Part shown: piece by piece, positions 9,240 to 17,423 of the stretch
How positions within the stretch are numbered: the stretch's first letter is position 1
How the letters are laid out: each line of letters begins with the position of its first letter
Virus record (IMG/VR): IMGVR_UViG_2799113103_000001
Span: 3,854-67,853 of that record
Length of the DNA stretch: 64,000 nucleotides
Reading direction: 5' to 3' (one strand)
Origin: a virus
Position numbers and translations under genes: made by a program
The notes under the pieces: model-generated
Seen by the model: the letters and a program-made list of their open reading frames with translations, nothing else
Database searches by the model: none
Told to the model about the DNA's origin: nothing

Positions 9240-9670
9240 CGGCCCCCGATGTCCACGCGGCGGCGGGATATCTTCTCGATCGCGGTGATGGCTTCCCCTC
9301 CGGGGTCTTCGATCTCGAAGATGCCGTGCTCAGCCGCTTCACGGCCTGATTCGAACAGCGGCACTGGACTCACGTACTCGAATGCGGCCTGTACGTCCTC
9401 AGGAGACAGCGAACCCGTGACGGCGCCCATGCGAATTGCGAGTAGTTCCTCGCCGCCGTGACAGCCGATCCAGCCTGCGCATAGCCGGGCCGCTTCGTCG
9501 GCGACGTCAGTCTGGTGGCACAGGAACAGGCCGGTCGGCTGCTCCGAGGTCGGAGCGTCGTACGCGATGAGCTTCTGGTACTCGGTGGCATGCCACACGC
9601 CGCTGGGAACGTCCTCCCGGTAGGGGCACGACGCGCAGGGGCGCGGCGCGGGGCCGCCGACCCTGCCCAT
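9236..9670 (-). CDS. hypothetical protein 144 aa (Cys-rich N-terminus)
   Basis: ORF track; coupled to the rsr stop. Confidence 0.4.
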   Translation of the reverse strand: MGRVGGPAPRPCASCPYREDVPSGVWHATEYQKLIAYDAPTSEQPTGLFLCHQTDVADEAARLCAGWIGCHGGEELLAIRMGAVTGSLSPEDVQAAFEYVSPVPLFESGREAAEHGIFEIEDPGGEAITAIEKISRRRVDIGGR

Positions 9671-9672
9671 CG

Positions 9673-11376
9673 TTACAGGTCACCTCGGGCGAAGTCCGAG
9701 ATGAGCTGCGGCACCGCGCTATCGAACCCGGACACGTCGAGCTGGCGCGGGTCCGAAGGATCTGCGATGGTCTGCCGGCCGCCGGTCATCGCGACAACCA
9801 TCAGGCTGGTATCCAGGCCGAGCTTGTTCCGGTACTCGGTGAGCGCCTGGTGCGGGTGGATACCGCCGTACCAGGTCTCGTTGTCGGTGAGGATCACGAC
9901 GGCGTCGTAGGGGCGGAGCTGCGCCTTGGCCCAAACCATCGGGAGCGCGCAGTCCGTCGCACCCATGGGGAGGCGTGCCGTGTACTGGCACACGTCATCG
10001 AGGCGGCGGCGCGGCGTGATGTCCAGCTCCGTGATGCCGGATGAGCGGAAGCTCCCTCCGGCCCCAGCCGTGAAGCCGATCATGTCGTGATTGGGCTCAA
10101 CGTTGGCGGTCACGAGGGCGAGCGCGGCGGCGGCCTCGCGGCACGTCAGCGGCATACCCGAGATCGCGGCGCCCATGGAGCCGGAGATGTCCAGCGCGAG
10201 CAGGGTCCGCTTGCCCGAGGGCTCGACGGCGCCGTAGGCGCTGTAGAACGCGGCGTCGAGCGCGTCAACGATGTGCCGGTTCGGCGTCCAGGTGGACTCA
10301 CCGCGCGCCGAACGCCCGGAGGCATAGGTGCGCTGCGCGACAAGGACATTGATCGGGTGGACGCGGCCCTTCCGTAGCCGGTCGGCGTCCTGGAGCTGCG
10401 CAGCGACCCGGCTGCCGAGCTGACCGTTCAGCACGCCGAGGCGGGTTAGGCGGGGCAGCTGCCGCATGAGTGCGGTCTGCGGGAGGCCGTGCTCGATCAG
10501 GGCCTCCCAGATCACGGGCTGCGTAAGGGCCTTGTCGGGGAATGCCTCCCATGGCAGGCCGTTGCCCCGGCGGATGATCGCCAGCCACTCCTTGGCGGTG
10601 GTAGCGCGCTGCGCGGCCTCGTAGTCCGCGATGATGGCGAGCGGGTGCCCGTCAGCCAGTTCCACGTCGGGCAGCTTGGGGCGCTTGGGGTTGCGCTCAC
10701 CGGCCTTGAGCTGCTCAGGGGTCAGCTCCCGCACCGAGACATCGGTGTAGTCGTTGAGACCCTTGCCGACAGCCCAGTTGAACGCCAGGCGGCGGGCCGG
10801 GTCGCTGGTGGTGGGGCCGCTGAGCCGGAGCATGTCGCGGTGGGTCCAGCCGTCACGCTGCCGGTACTTGACCAGCTGGTAGGCGAGCCGGTCCACGGGC
10901 TTGTCCAGGTACCAGCTGGAGACGGCGCGCTTCATCGCCGGTCCCCAGCCACGGAACTGCTCCATGTACTTGGTGAACAGGTACAGGTGGGTGGCGGTGC
11001 GCGCGACTCGGGGCAGCGCGGCGGCGGCGGCACGGCGGCCATCGACGTTCTCGGCGGCCGACGCGATAGCGAGCGCGAACAGGGCCGGGTTCTGCTTGGG
11101 GGCGCGTCCGGCCTCGGAGACCTCAACGATCTTCTGCACGAGGGTGACGGGATCGGTTGCGGCGAGCCGGATCACGACATCGGCGGCGTCACGGGTCAGG
11201 TCCTCGGCGGAGGTGTAGTACGTGCCGCCGGTCGTGCCGAGGGTCAGGAACCGGTGGAGCCGGGTCCAGTCGTCGGCCTGGAAGGTGTAGCCCCCGGCGG
11301 CGTTCTTGACCTGGCGCGGGTCCGCCTTCTGGGATTGGGGGGTGCGCCGCGTGCTGATCGAGGATAGAACGTCCAC
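9673..11376 (-). CDS. rsr: Ro60-like protein Rsr (TROVE domain plus vWA domain with DISGSMG MIDAS motif), 567 aa
   Basis: RLHRFLTLGTTGGTYY and PALFALAIA resemble Ro60 hallmark segments; C-terminal vWA with DxSxS; GTG start with AAGGAG 6 nt upstream. Confidence 0.8.
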   Translation of the reverse strand: MDVLSSISTRRTPQSQKADPRQVKNAAGGYTFQADDWTRLHRFLTLGTTGGTYYTSAEDLTRDAADVVIRLAATDPVTLVQKIVEVSEAGRAPKQNPALFALAIASAAENVDGRRAAAAALPRVARTATHLYLFTKYMEQFRGWGPAMKRAVSSWYLDKPVDRLAYQLVKYRQRDGWTHRDMLRLSGPTTSDPARRLAFNWAVGKGLNDYTDVSVRELTPEQLKAGERNPKRPKLPDVELADGHPLAIIADYEAAQRATTAKEWLAIIRRGNGLPWEAFPDKALTQPVIWEALIEHGLPQTALMRQLPRLTRLGVLNGQLGSRVAAQLQDADRLRKGRVHPINVLVAQRTYASGRSARGESTWTPNRHIVDALDAAFYSAYGAVEPSGKRTLLALDISGSMGAAISGMPLTCREAAAALALVTANVEPNHDMIGFTAGAGGSFRSSGITELDITPRRRLDDVCQYTARLPMGATDCALPMVWAKAQLRPYDAVVILTDNETWYGGIHPHQALTEYRNKLGLDTSLMVVAMTGGRQTIADPSDPRQLDVSGFDSAVPQLISDFARGDL

Positions 11377-11400
11377 CGTGTGCTCCTTGCTGGGTTAGGT

Positions 11401-11477
11401 GGCGCGGGCGTGTGAGTGACCGCCGGGGTTCATCCAGTTGCGAGGTTGGGGTAACCGACCGTCGTCCTGCTCGCGCC
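11401..11477 (-). ncRNA. Y-RNA-like unit A, stem-only
   Basis: RNA reads GGCGCGAGCAGGACGACGGUCGGUUACC-21 nt-CCCCGGCGGUCACUCACACGCCCGCGCC; terminal GGCGCG/CGCGCC pairing; shares the conserved stem strands of units B-E. Confidence 0.45.
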
Positions 11478-11491
11478 AAAGGGGTTTGGGT

Positions 11492-11612
11492 GATGTGGGC
11501 GTGTATGTGCTGACCGGGATTTCGCTTTTACACCCGCACCGGGGCACGGGCGACAGGGGTCGAACCTGCATTACCAATTGAGTGATAACCGACCGAGCGT
11601 CCTGCTCACATC
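11492..11612 (-). ncRNA. Y-RNA-like unit B with a T-arm-like hairpin (GCAGGUUCGACCCCUGU) but no recognisable D-arm
   Basis: terminal GAUGUG/CACAUC pairing; conserved GAGCAGGACGC..GGUCGGUUA and CCGGUCAGCACAUACACGCCC strands. Confidence 0.45.
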
Positions 11613-11647
11613 GAAAAGCTATGGAGTTATTGATAATTCGCGTAGGC

Positions 11648-11786
11648 GGCGTGGGCGTGTGATTGCTGACCGACCGTTTAGCGTGCTGCCGTTACACCAC
11701 GGAGCGCCTACGGCGCGCCCGCCGGGATTCGAACCCGGACTACCTCTTTTCGACAGAGATAACCGACCTGCGTCCTGCTCACACCA
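11648..11786 (-). ncRNA. Y-RNA-like unit C with a permuted tRNA-like module
   Basis: T-arm CCGGGUUCGAAUCCCGG; acceptor-like helix GGGCGCGCC-GUA-GGCGCUCC; D-arm-like CGUGGUGUAACGGCAGCACG; terminal GGUGUG/CACGCC pairing. Confidence 0.5.
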
Positions 11787-11805
11787 TCTACTGCGAAGCC
11801 TTGGG

Positions 11806-11944
11806 GATGATGCGGGCGTGTGTGTGCTGACCGGGGTTAAGCGCTCTACCGACTGAGCTACAACCACTTTCGTGGCTGACGGGACTCGAACCCGCGACCT
11901 CTCCATTACAAGTGGTAACCGACCTGCGTCCTGCTCGCATCATC
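11806..11944 (-). ncRNA. Y-RNA-like unit D with a permuted tRNA-like module
   Basis: T-arm GCGGGUUCGAGUCCCGU, then 7-bp acceptor helix CAGCCAC-GAAA-GUGGUUG, then canonical D-arm UAGCUCAGUCGGUAGAGC; terminal GAUGAUGCG/CGCAUCAUC pairing. Confidence 0.55.
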
Positions 11945-11962
11945 AATGTGAAGTTGTATCCG

Positions 11963-12137
11963 GGATGGCGTGGGCGTGTGAGGTGCTTACCGGCGTTGAT
12001 CTTGGATCAATGCATTCGGCCGCTCTGCCACGTTCCGCCCGATGAAAGCCCGAAGCTCTTTCAGGCGGCCCGGCGGGATTCGAACCCGCGATCTGATGAT
12101 TTTCAGATAACCGACTCGCGTCCTGCTCACGCCATCC
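11963..12137 (-). ncRNA. Y-RNA-like unit E with a permuted tRNA-like module
   Basis: T-arm GCGGGUUCGAAUCCCGC; acceptor helix closed by a UUCG-capped hairpin; terminal 10-bp GGAUGGCGUG/CACGCCAUCC pairing; extra hairpin UUGAUC-CAA-GAUCAA. Confidence 0.55.
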
Positions 12138-12140
12138 ATG

Positions 12141-12290
12141 TTTTGTTGACTACGCCATGAACTATACCTCAGTAATGCCTGTTCAGGGCATATTTTTTGA
12201 GGAAATGTTGATTCGCTGGAAGGTGACTCCCGTACCGGGGAAAGTATGCCGTCGCGGGCCTCGACCTGGCTACCGAATATCGGTATCAGT
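12141..12290 (-). promoter_or_regulatory. AT-rich intergenic region upstream of the Y-RNA array; candidate promoter; contains a plus-oriented hairpin plus T-run (ATGCC-TGTTCAG-GGCAT-ATTTTTTG)
   Basis: AT-richness 12141-12240; no ORF; hairpin followed by T6. Confidence 0.3.
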
Positions 12291-13031
12291 TCAGTGAGGT
12301 ACTTCGTCCAGGCCGTTCATCTGCAGCGTCGCGACCATCGCTTCCACCACCCGCTCCGCGGACCAGTCGTCGGGAGCCGAGATCAGCGTTCCCTCATTCT
12401 GCTTCGACATGGTGAGCCCATCCGCAACCTGCGTCACGGCGGCGGTCTGCGCGTTGATCCAGGTGCGGTAGCCAACCCGGATCTTCCAGTTGCCGCGCCG
12501 CGCGACGCGGTTCGCTTCCCTGTCAGTGAGCATCAGGTACGAGGGGCGCCATGTGGAAGCGACGGCTGTGACCACTGCGTCACCCACTTCGCTGGTGAGA
12601 CCGCCCGGTGTGATCTCCCGCAGGTCCACCTTGAGATGGTGTGCGGGCACTCTGCCTCCGAAACTGACATATCCCGCGCTCACCCACACCCTCACCTCAA
12701 CTGACGGACCAGCGCCCATCAAAACCATCGAATAGCCCTCACCGGACAGGGGTTCACCGTCTTCGCCGTCTGGAAGCGCCTCTCGCACTGGGTTTCTACG
12801 GACTATGCCGGCCAATACCTCCGGCGAGCCCTCCCACCGATCACCCCTTGCGGTATCCCATCGGGCGATACCGAGAATCCCCTGCAACTGCGCCAGCAGC
12901 GCATCCGCGCGCCCGGCGATCCACTCTGGTGTTTCACTCTTCGCGAGCCAGACGGCGGTCACGAACGCGTATCCCGACCAGACCGGTGAGGGTGCATGTG
13001 TTGCGGTCACAGCTTCCAACTTTACTTTCAT
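12291..13031 (-). CDS. putative immunity protein for the upstream toxin (246 aa)
   Basis: immediately downstream of the toxin gene with ATGA overlap; no recognisable enzymatic motif. Confidence 0.45.
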   Translation of the reverse strand: MKVKLEAVTATHAPSPVWSGYAFVTAVWLAKSETPEWIAGRADALLAQLQGILGIARWDTARGDRWEGSPEVLAGIVRRNPVREALPDGEDGEPLSGEGYSMVLMGAGPSVEVRVWVSAGYVSFGGRVPAHHLKVDLREITPGGLTSEVGDAVVTAVASTWRPSYLMLTDREANRVARRGNWKIRVGYRTWINAQTAAVTQVADGLTMSKQNEGTLISAPDDWSAERVVEAMVATLQMNGLDEVPH

Positions 13032-14935
13032 GGCTTCTCGGGGGTGTAGATCACTCGAACGTCAGGGAACCCACCTTCATCCAGGAGATCACGAATTATC
13101 GCCGCACTCGAAGGATTAGCGACGTGCCATTCAAGTGCTGCCCCTTCTGGTAGGGCACGCAGCTGCCTCTGGGCTTCAGCGAGGAGGCCGTTCTCAATGT
13201 TCACTGTCCACGGCTTACCGGGGCTCTCGAACAGGGGCGCGTAGTTGTGTTTCGCGTCGAGGAAAACCTCCTGACCGCCCCGCTCGATGGGTCCGCTGTC
13301 GAACCTGACCACCTGGCCAGTATCGGGGTTCGTCACGACGTACTCCGGTATGCGCCCGTCTGGGGTCCGCTCGATACCCGTGATCTGGGACTGGTAGTCC
13401 ATCCAGGGCTTCTCCGGGCCGCGATTGACGTGCTCCCAACCTGGCGTGGGGTCACCCTTGGTCCAGGTCGGCTCGGGAGTATGGGGCGGCCACCCACCCG
13501 GGTGATGCGGATCTCCCGACGTGTAGTGCTGCCCCACGCTGGGGTCGAACTGATCGGGTGTCGGTAGTTGGTGCTGGGTCAGGGGTGGAGAGTGGTCGCC
13601 GACCGTAGGTGCTGGATGATCGACCGTGGGGGCGAGATGGGTTGCTTCGCTTGGGGGCTCTGCGGTGTGTGCGGGGGCTGGTGTGTCGTGGAGTGCGCCG
13701 GGGGCCGGAAGATCCGGGTGCATGCTGCCCAGATGCGCAGCAGACCCTTCAAGTCCAGCACGGGGCAACAGGCCCTCGGGACCACCTGCCATTAGCGCCC
13801 CACCATCGACCAGCCTTTCCCCGACATATTGGCCGGGATTTTCGATGTTGTGCTTGATGCCTTCGGCTATGTCGGCGCCAGGTGGGGTGGTCATCTGGTG
13901 CTTGAAGGATTCCCATTCACGCCTACCGGCCTCTTCGTTAGCCTCCCAAAAACCCTTGTCGCCCAACCCCAAGCGGTCCCGCAGGTCAGTGAAGGGGGCG
14001 GCCAACTTATCGACGCCCTTGTCGATGCCCTCGGAAATGTTCGTCTTGAAACGCTCCGCAGCCGATGGTTTGTGTTCTTCCGGTGGCTTGTCGTTGCGAT
14101 TGAGGTAGGTGACGCTTTCGCCCAGGCCGCCCACCTTGGTCTTGTCGATGGTGTCCTTGGCGAACGGGCCGTATTGCGGGGCATTCGGGTCGGCAGCAGC
14201 GGTGGCAGCGGTCGGGGTGGTCGCGGGATTTTTGATGTGCTCCAGCTTGTCGCCGAGCGTCCCGGCGCCGGGATCGATGGAGGCCGGATCGGTGGCCTTC
14301 GGGTACCAGTCCTTGTAGAAGTTCGCGGGCTGGGCGCTCGGGTCGCCGGGTTTCGGGGTCGCGGCGTCGCGCAGGGCTTTGCGCCCGTCCACGAGTGCCG
14401 TTTTGGGGTTGGCGCAGCCGGTGATCTTCTGGGCCGCCGCGTCGGCCTGTCCCTTGAGGGTTTGGCAGCCCTTCTCCCACTTGGCGACGTGGTCCTTGAT
14501 CAGGCGTTCGGTTTCGGCGACGTGCTCGCGGTTTCGGGCTATCGAATCGTCGCTCTCGCCTTCGGCCGGGTGGTAGTCGCACTTGAAGTTCTGGTCGATC
14601 GAGACGCCCTTGTCGGCGTGCGCCAGCACCCTCTCGATGAGGTTCTGCCCGCCGGTCAGATTGGGCACTACCTCGTAGGTGATGGTGGCCGTCGCCAGCT
14701 TGACGGCGTCCTCGGCGGTGTCGTCGGTGTTGTCGGAGACGCGGCAATCGGTGGACGCCCCCTCGTAGGACGCGGTCGCGGTGTGCCCGGTCCACTCCGT
14801 GCCATCGGGGCTGCCTGCCCAACGCTTGTAGTCGTCGTAGATTTCCTTGAACTGCTGAGTCTGCGGACGCCACGTATCGACCACCGCCATGTAGTCATTG
14901 GCCTTGACCGCCATGAACTCATCGAGCGTCGTCAC
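13028..14935 (-). CDS. polymorphic toxin: N-terminal WXG100-like domain (YKRWAGSPDG), long Pro/Thr-rich linker, C-terminal PD-(D/E)xK-like nuclease domain (RIPEY..RFDSG..QEVFLDAKHN)
   Basis: WXG motif at about residue 35; low-complexity PT-rich middle; C-terminal E..D..ExxxDAK pattern; start GTG at 14935 or ATG at 14914. Confidence 0.55.
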   Translation of the reverse strand: MTTLDEFMAVKANDYMAVVDTWRPQTQQFKEIYDDYKRWAGSPDGTEWTGHTATASYEGASTDCRVSDNTDDTAEDAVKLATATITYEVVPNLTGGQNLIERVLAHADKGVSIDQNFKCDYHPAEGESDDSIARNREHVAETERLIKDHVAKWEKGCQTLKGQADAAAQKITGCANPKTALVDGRKALRDAATPKPGDPSAQPANFYKDWYPKATDPASIDPGAGTLGDKLEHIKNPATTPTAATAAADPNAPQYGPFAKDTIDKTKVGGLGESVTYLNRNDKPPEEHKPSAAERFKTNISEGIDKGVDKLAAPFTDLRDRLGLGDKGFWEANEEAGRREWESFKHQMTTPPGADIAEGIKHNIENPGQYVGERLVDGGALMAGGPEGLLPRAGLEGSAAHLGSMHPDLPAPGALHDTPAPAHTAEPPSEATHLAPTVDHPAPTVGDHSPPLTQHQLPTPDQFDPSVGQHYTSGDPHHPGGWPPHTPEPTWTKGDPTPGWEHVNRGPEKPWMDYQSQITGIERTPDGRIPEYVVTNPDTGQVVRFDSGPIERGGQEVFLDAKHNYAPLFESPGKPWTVNIENGLLAEAQRQLRALPEGAALEWHVANPSSAAIIRDLLDEGGFPDVRVIYTPEKP

Positions 14936-14945
14936 ACCCGCGCCC

Positions 14946-15266
14946 CTATGCGCGCTTGGGCGGCTGATAGATGGTGGGCAGGCTGCTATAACCGGCCGCC
15001 AGGGAACTCTCCGTGATCGCGAAAGCCTGATGGGCCTCGTCATCGAAGTCAGCGATCGTGTTCAACCGGGCAGCGCCGATCCGCTTCACATCCGCGATAG
15101 CCTTCGACACCCCATGCAGCGCTGCCAACCCCGGATCAGCACCAGCAGGCGCCCCAACATCAGCCGGAATGCTTTTCGTAAGCTCACCGGCAAGTGTCCG
15201 CAGATGCGGGCCGAGCTTGCCCAACGCCGCAAGATCAAACTTGAGAACGTTCTCATCGCCCGACAT
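14946..15266 (-). CDS. small alpha-helical protein (106 aa), possible ESX/WXG-type partner of the toxin; no canonical WXG
   Basis: GAAGGGGG RBS 4 nt before ATG; position directly upstream of the toxin. Confidence 0.4.
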   Translation of the reverse strand: MSGDENVLKFDLAALGKLGPHLRTLAGELTKSIPADVGAPAGADPGLAALHGVSKAIADVKRIGAARLNTIADFDDEAHQAFAITESSLAAGYSSLPTIYQPPKRA

Positions 15267-15359
15267 GACACCCCCTTCGGCAACCAACCGTGTGATTGCC
15301 AGCACACTACAGGAGCAGTAGCGGGTTCCGCAGGGGGAGTTGCCTGGGGTAGGTGTTCG

Positions 15360-15881
15360 CTAGTCGAACAAGGCCAGCTGGCCTACTGGTTCCTCATCGA
15401 ACTGGAACGCCCGACGAACAAGCACCTTCTCCAGGTCGAATATGCGCCAGTGCTCGGCGCGGGCGGCGTCGTCCTCGGCGTCGGTGGGGTGGTACCGCTT
15501 GCAGGGTTCCGAGTGCTCGTGGCGTGCCTCGTGCTTCCACGGGCAGTGGCACCAGCTGTGTTGCTGGAGGTTGAGCGCGTGGCTGTCATTGCGGCATCGC
15601 TCGATCTCGGCGCGGAGGTCCGCCGGCAGCGCGAGGCCGTACGCGGTGATCCGGCTGACCTTGATCGACAGGATGGGCGTTCCGAACGCCGGGCAGCTGA
15701 TCTTGCCGCCGTTGGTGCTGAACCCGCCCCGGAGCCATTCGGGGCCGCCTTCAACGTCGCGCAGCGTGCCGCCCCAGTGGCTCTGAGCTAGGTAGTCTGC
15801 TCCTGCCTTGCTGAGGAGTGCGTCGAGGATCATCCAGCCGCCCATCGCAAACAGGAGCCAGCGTTCGTCCTCGGTCAGCAC
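15360..15881 (-). CDS. hypothetical protein 173 aa with His/Cys cluster (HSWCHCPWKHEARHEHSEPC)
   Basis: ORF track. Confidence 0.4.
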   Translation of the reverse strand: MLTEDERWLLFAMGGWMILDALLSKAGADYLAQSHWGGTLRDVEGGPEWLRGGFSTNGGKISCPAFGTPILSIKVSRITAYGLALPADLRAEIERCRNDSHALNLQQHSWCHCPWKHEARHEHSEPCKRYHPTDAEDDAARAEHWRIFDLEKVLVRRAFQFDEEPVGQLALFD

Positions 15882-16246
15882 GGCGGGTCGTTCTCGCGGT
15901 GGTATCGGGCCCAGGCCAGTTTCCGCCGGGATTCGAGGTGGTGTTTCTCGGCGGCGCGGCGGGCCGCGCGTAGGTCATGGCCTCGGTACAGCTCCGAGGG
16001 GACGATGATGGCACCGGGTTCGGTTGGGTGGTCGTATTCTGCGATCCAGTGTCGCTCAACAACATTCCGTGGCTCCCAAGTGCCGCTGAACAGCTTGCTC
16101 ATCATATGAAGTGTGTACTCCCTGACTTGCAGCCGGAGGCGGTACCTCCCCTCGCTGGCATCGCGGTGGGTCGCGAACCAGCTGACCCCCTTGTCCCAGC
16201 GGTCGTATTGGCCGCGTTGCCATTCCAGGCTTCCGTCGATCATCAC
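15875..16246 (-). CDS. hypothetical protein 123 aa
   Basis: ORF track. Confidence 0.4.
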   Translation of the reverse strand: MMIDGSLEWQRGQYDRWDKGVSWFATHRDASEGRYRLRLQVREYTLHMMSKLFSGTWEPRNVVERHWIAEYDHPTEPGAIIVPSELYRGHDLRAARRAAEKHHLESRRKLAWARYHRENDPPC

Positions 16247-16996
16247 CGCGCCCTCACGGGCTGCATACCGGGGATTGCCATGCGGGTGAGCCTGCCTGGG
16301 CTCCCGTCAAATCCGTTGAGCGCGAACGTAAGCATCTGCCACTCATCCCACCTGGCCATCTGGAGCCAGCCTTTCGCCGGTACAAGCTCCAGGGGCACGC
16401 GCTGCACATAGGGGCCGACATGGAGTAGGGCTTCCACGGGGATAACGATCCGCCGTTCGTGCACCGATCCTGCTCTCCGCTCGGTGATCCGGACGAAAGC
16501 GAGGTCTCTCCACTGGTCGTACCTGCTGGATGTCTCCACTTCGATGATGGGGATTACCGGCTCAGGTTCGGGCATTCCTTCCGTCACGCTCCAGCGGAAT
16601 GTCGGCAATCCCGCCAACAGCGCCAGACGATCTACCGGGCGCTCAATCAGAGCGCCGATTTCCTCTTGAGTGGGTTCCGGTGGGACCACGTCAACATCGG
16701 GAACCACGTCAACTTGGAACATCGTGGGCGCTGATGTCTGGTACATCCCGATCCCCTGTTGGTTTCGACGCTGACCGTAGGACGGGTTGGCCGGACGCAT
16801 GTACGCCGCTTTCTGCTCGGGCGTTCCGTATGGTCCGGGGCAGCCGCCCACAACGAGACCGTGCCATTCGCGGCCGCACACCGCGCACCTGTCCTGGTTG
16901 ACGTTGTAGTCGTATCCGCTTCGCTCGCTGTAGCCGGACAGCTGCTCATCAACCAGCTCGCCGATAGCGTCGATAACGTCTTGCTCTGGGTTGCGG
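16243..16996 (-). CDS. hypothetical protein about 251 aa; TTG start preceded by AAGGAG
   Basis: AAGGAGATCCCG-TTG; avoids overlap with 17001-17423. Confidence 0.4.
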
Positions 16997-17000
16997 GTGT

Positions 17001-17423
17001 TCAACGGGATCTCCTTGCGCGGCGGCGCTTCTTGTATTCGAGTACGTCTCCCCAGCGGAAGCGGGGGCCGTCTGGGGTGTCGATGGCTCGGACACCGTCG
17101 AGGCCTTGCTTGGCGCGGCTGTTCCACATACGCACGGCGGCGGGTGAGACATAGGCGTGAGCGGCCACTTCGGATGTGGTGAGAAGGTCGTCCTCGGCGG
17201 GCGGGGCAAGCTGAGGCACCACCCACAGCTGGTTGCCTTGGCTGTCGTCCTGCCAGTACCGGTCAAGGTCAGCGACCGCCTCCAGCGCGCGGTGGCCGGG
17301 TGGTAGATGCTCGGCGAGCACCTCAGTGAGCTGTTCGGCGAGGCGCCGATACGAGAGAGCAACGCGCCGGGTCAGCTCTACCGGTGAGTCCCCCCGGTAC
17401 CGGTGGACGTTCGGGTTAGTCAA
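17001..17423 (-). CDS. DNA-binding protein with excisionase/MerR-like C-terminal HTH (LLTTSEVAAHAYVSPAAVRMWN)
   Basis: HTH-like segment; basic C-terminal tail. Confidence 0.4.
   Translation of the reverse strand: MTNPNVHRYRGDSPVELTRRVALSYRRLAEQLTEVLAEHLPPGHRALEAVADLDRYWQDDSQGNQLWVVPQLAPPAEDDLLTTSEVAAHAYVSPAAVRMWNSRAKQGLDGVRAIDTPDGPRFRWGDVLEYKKRRRARRSR

Noticed and set aside
11400-12160. A cluster of 4-5 canonical tRNA genes, suggested by repeated GGATTCGAACC (T-loop) matches on the minus strand
   Set aside because: No unit has a 5' acceptor strand or D-arm ahead of the anticodon/T region. The acceptor 5' strand and D-arm occur after the T-arm, joined by a short loop. The units are bounded instead by long complementary termini, which is the Y-RNA architecture, not tRNA.
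12141-12240. Terminator for the immunity gene on the minus strand
   Set aside because: The hairpin ATGCC-TGTTCAG-GGCAT is followed by a T-run only on the plus strand. On the minus strand it is preceded, not followed, by the A/U-run. It may instead block antisense read-through, so it was kept only as a regulatory note.
13829-15016. Long plus-strand ORFs (for example 13829-15016, 40578-41468, 60705-61565, 10489-11367, 2116-3003)
   Set aside because: They are antisense to well-supported minus-strand genes with motifs. They are rich in Arg/Gly/Ala, as expected of spurious frames in about 66% GC DNA, and have no start-site context.
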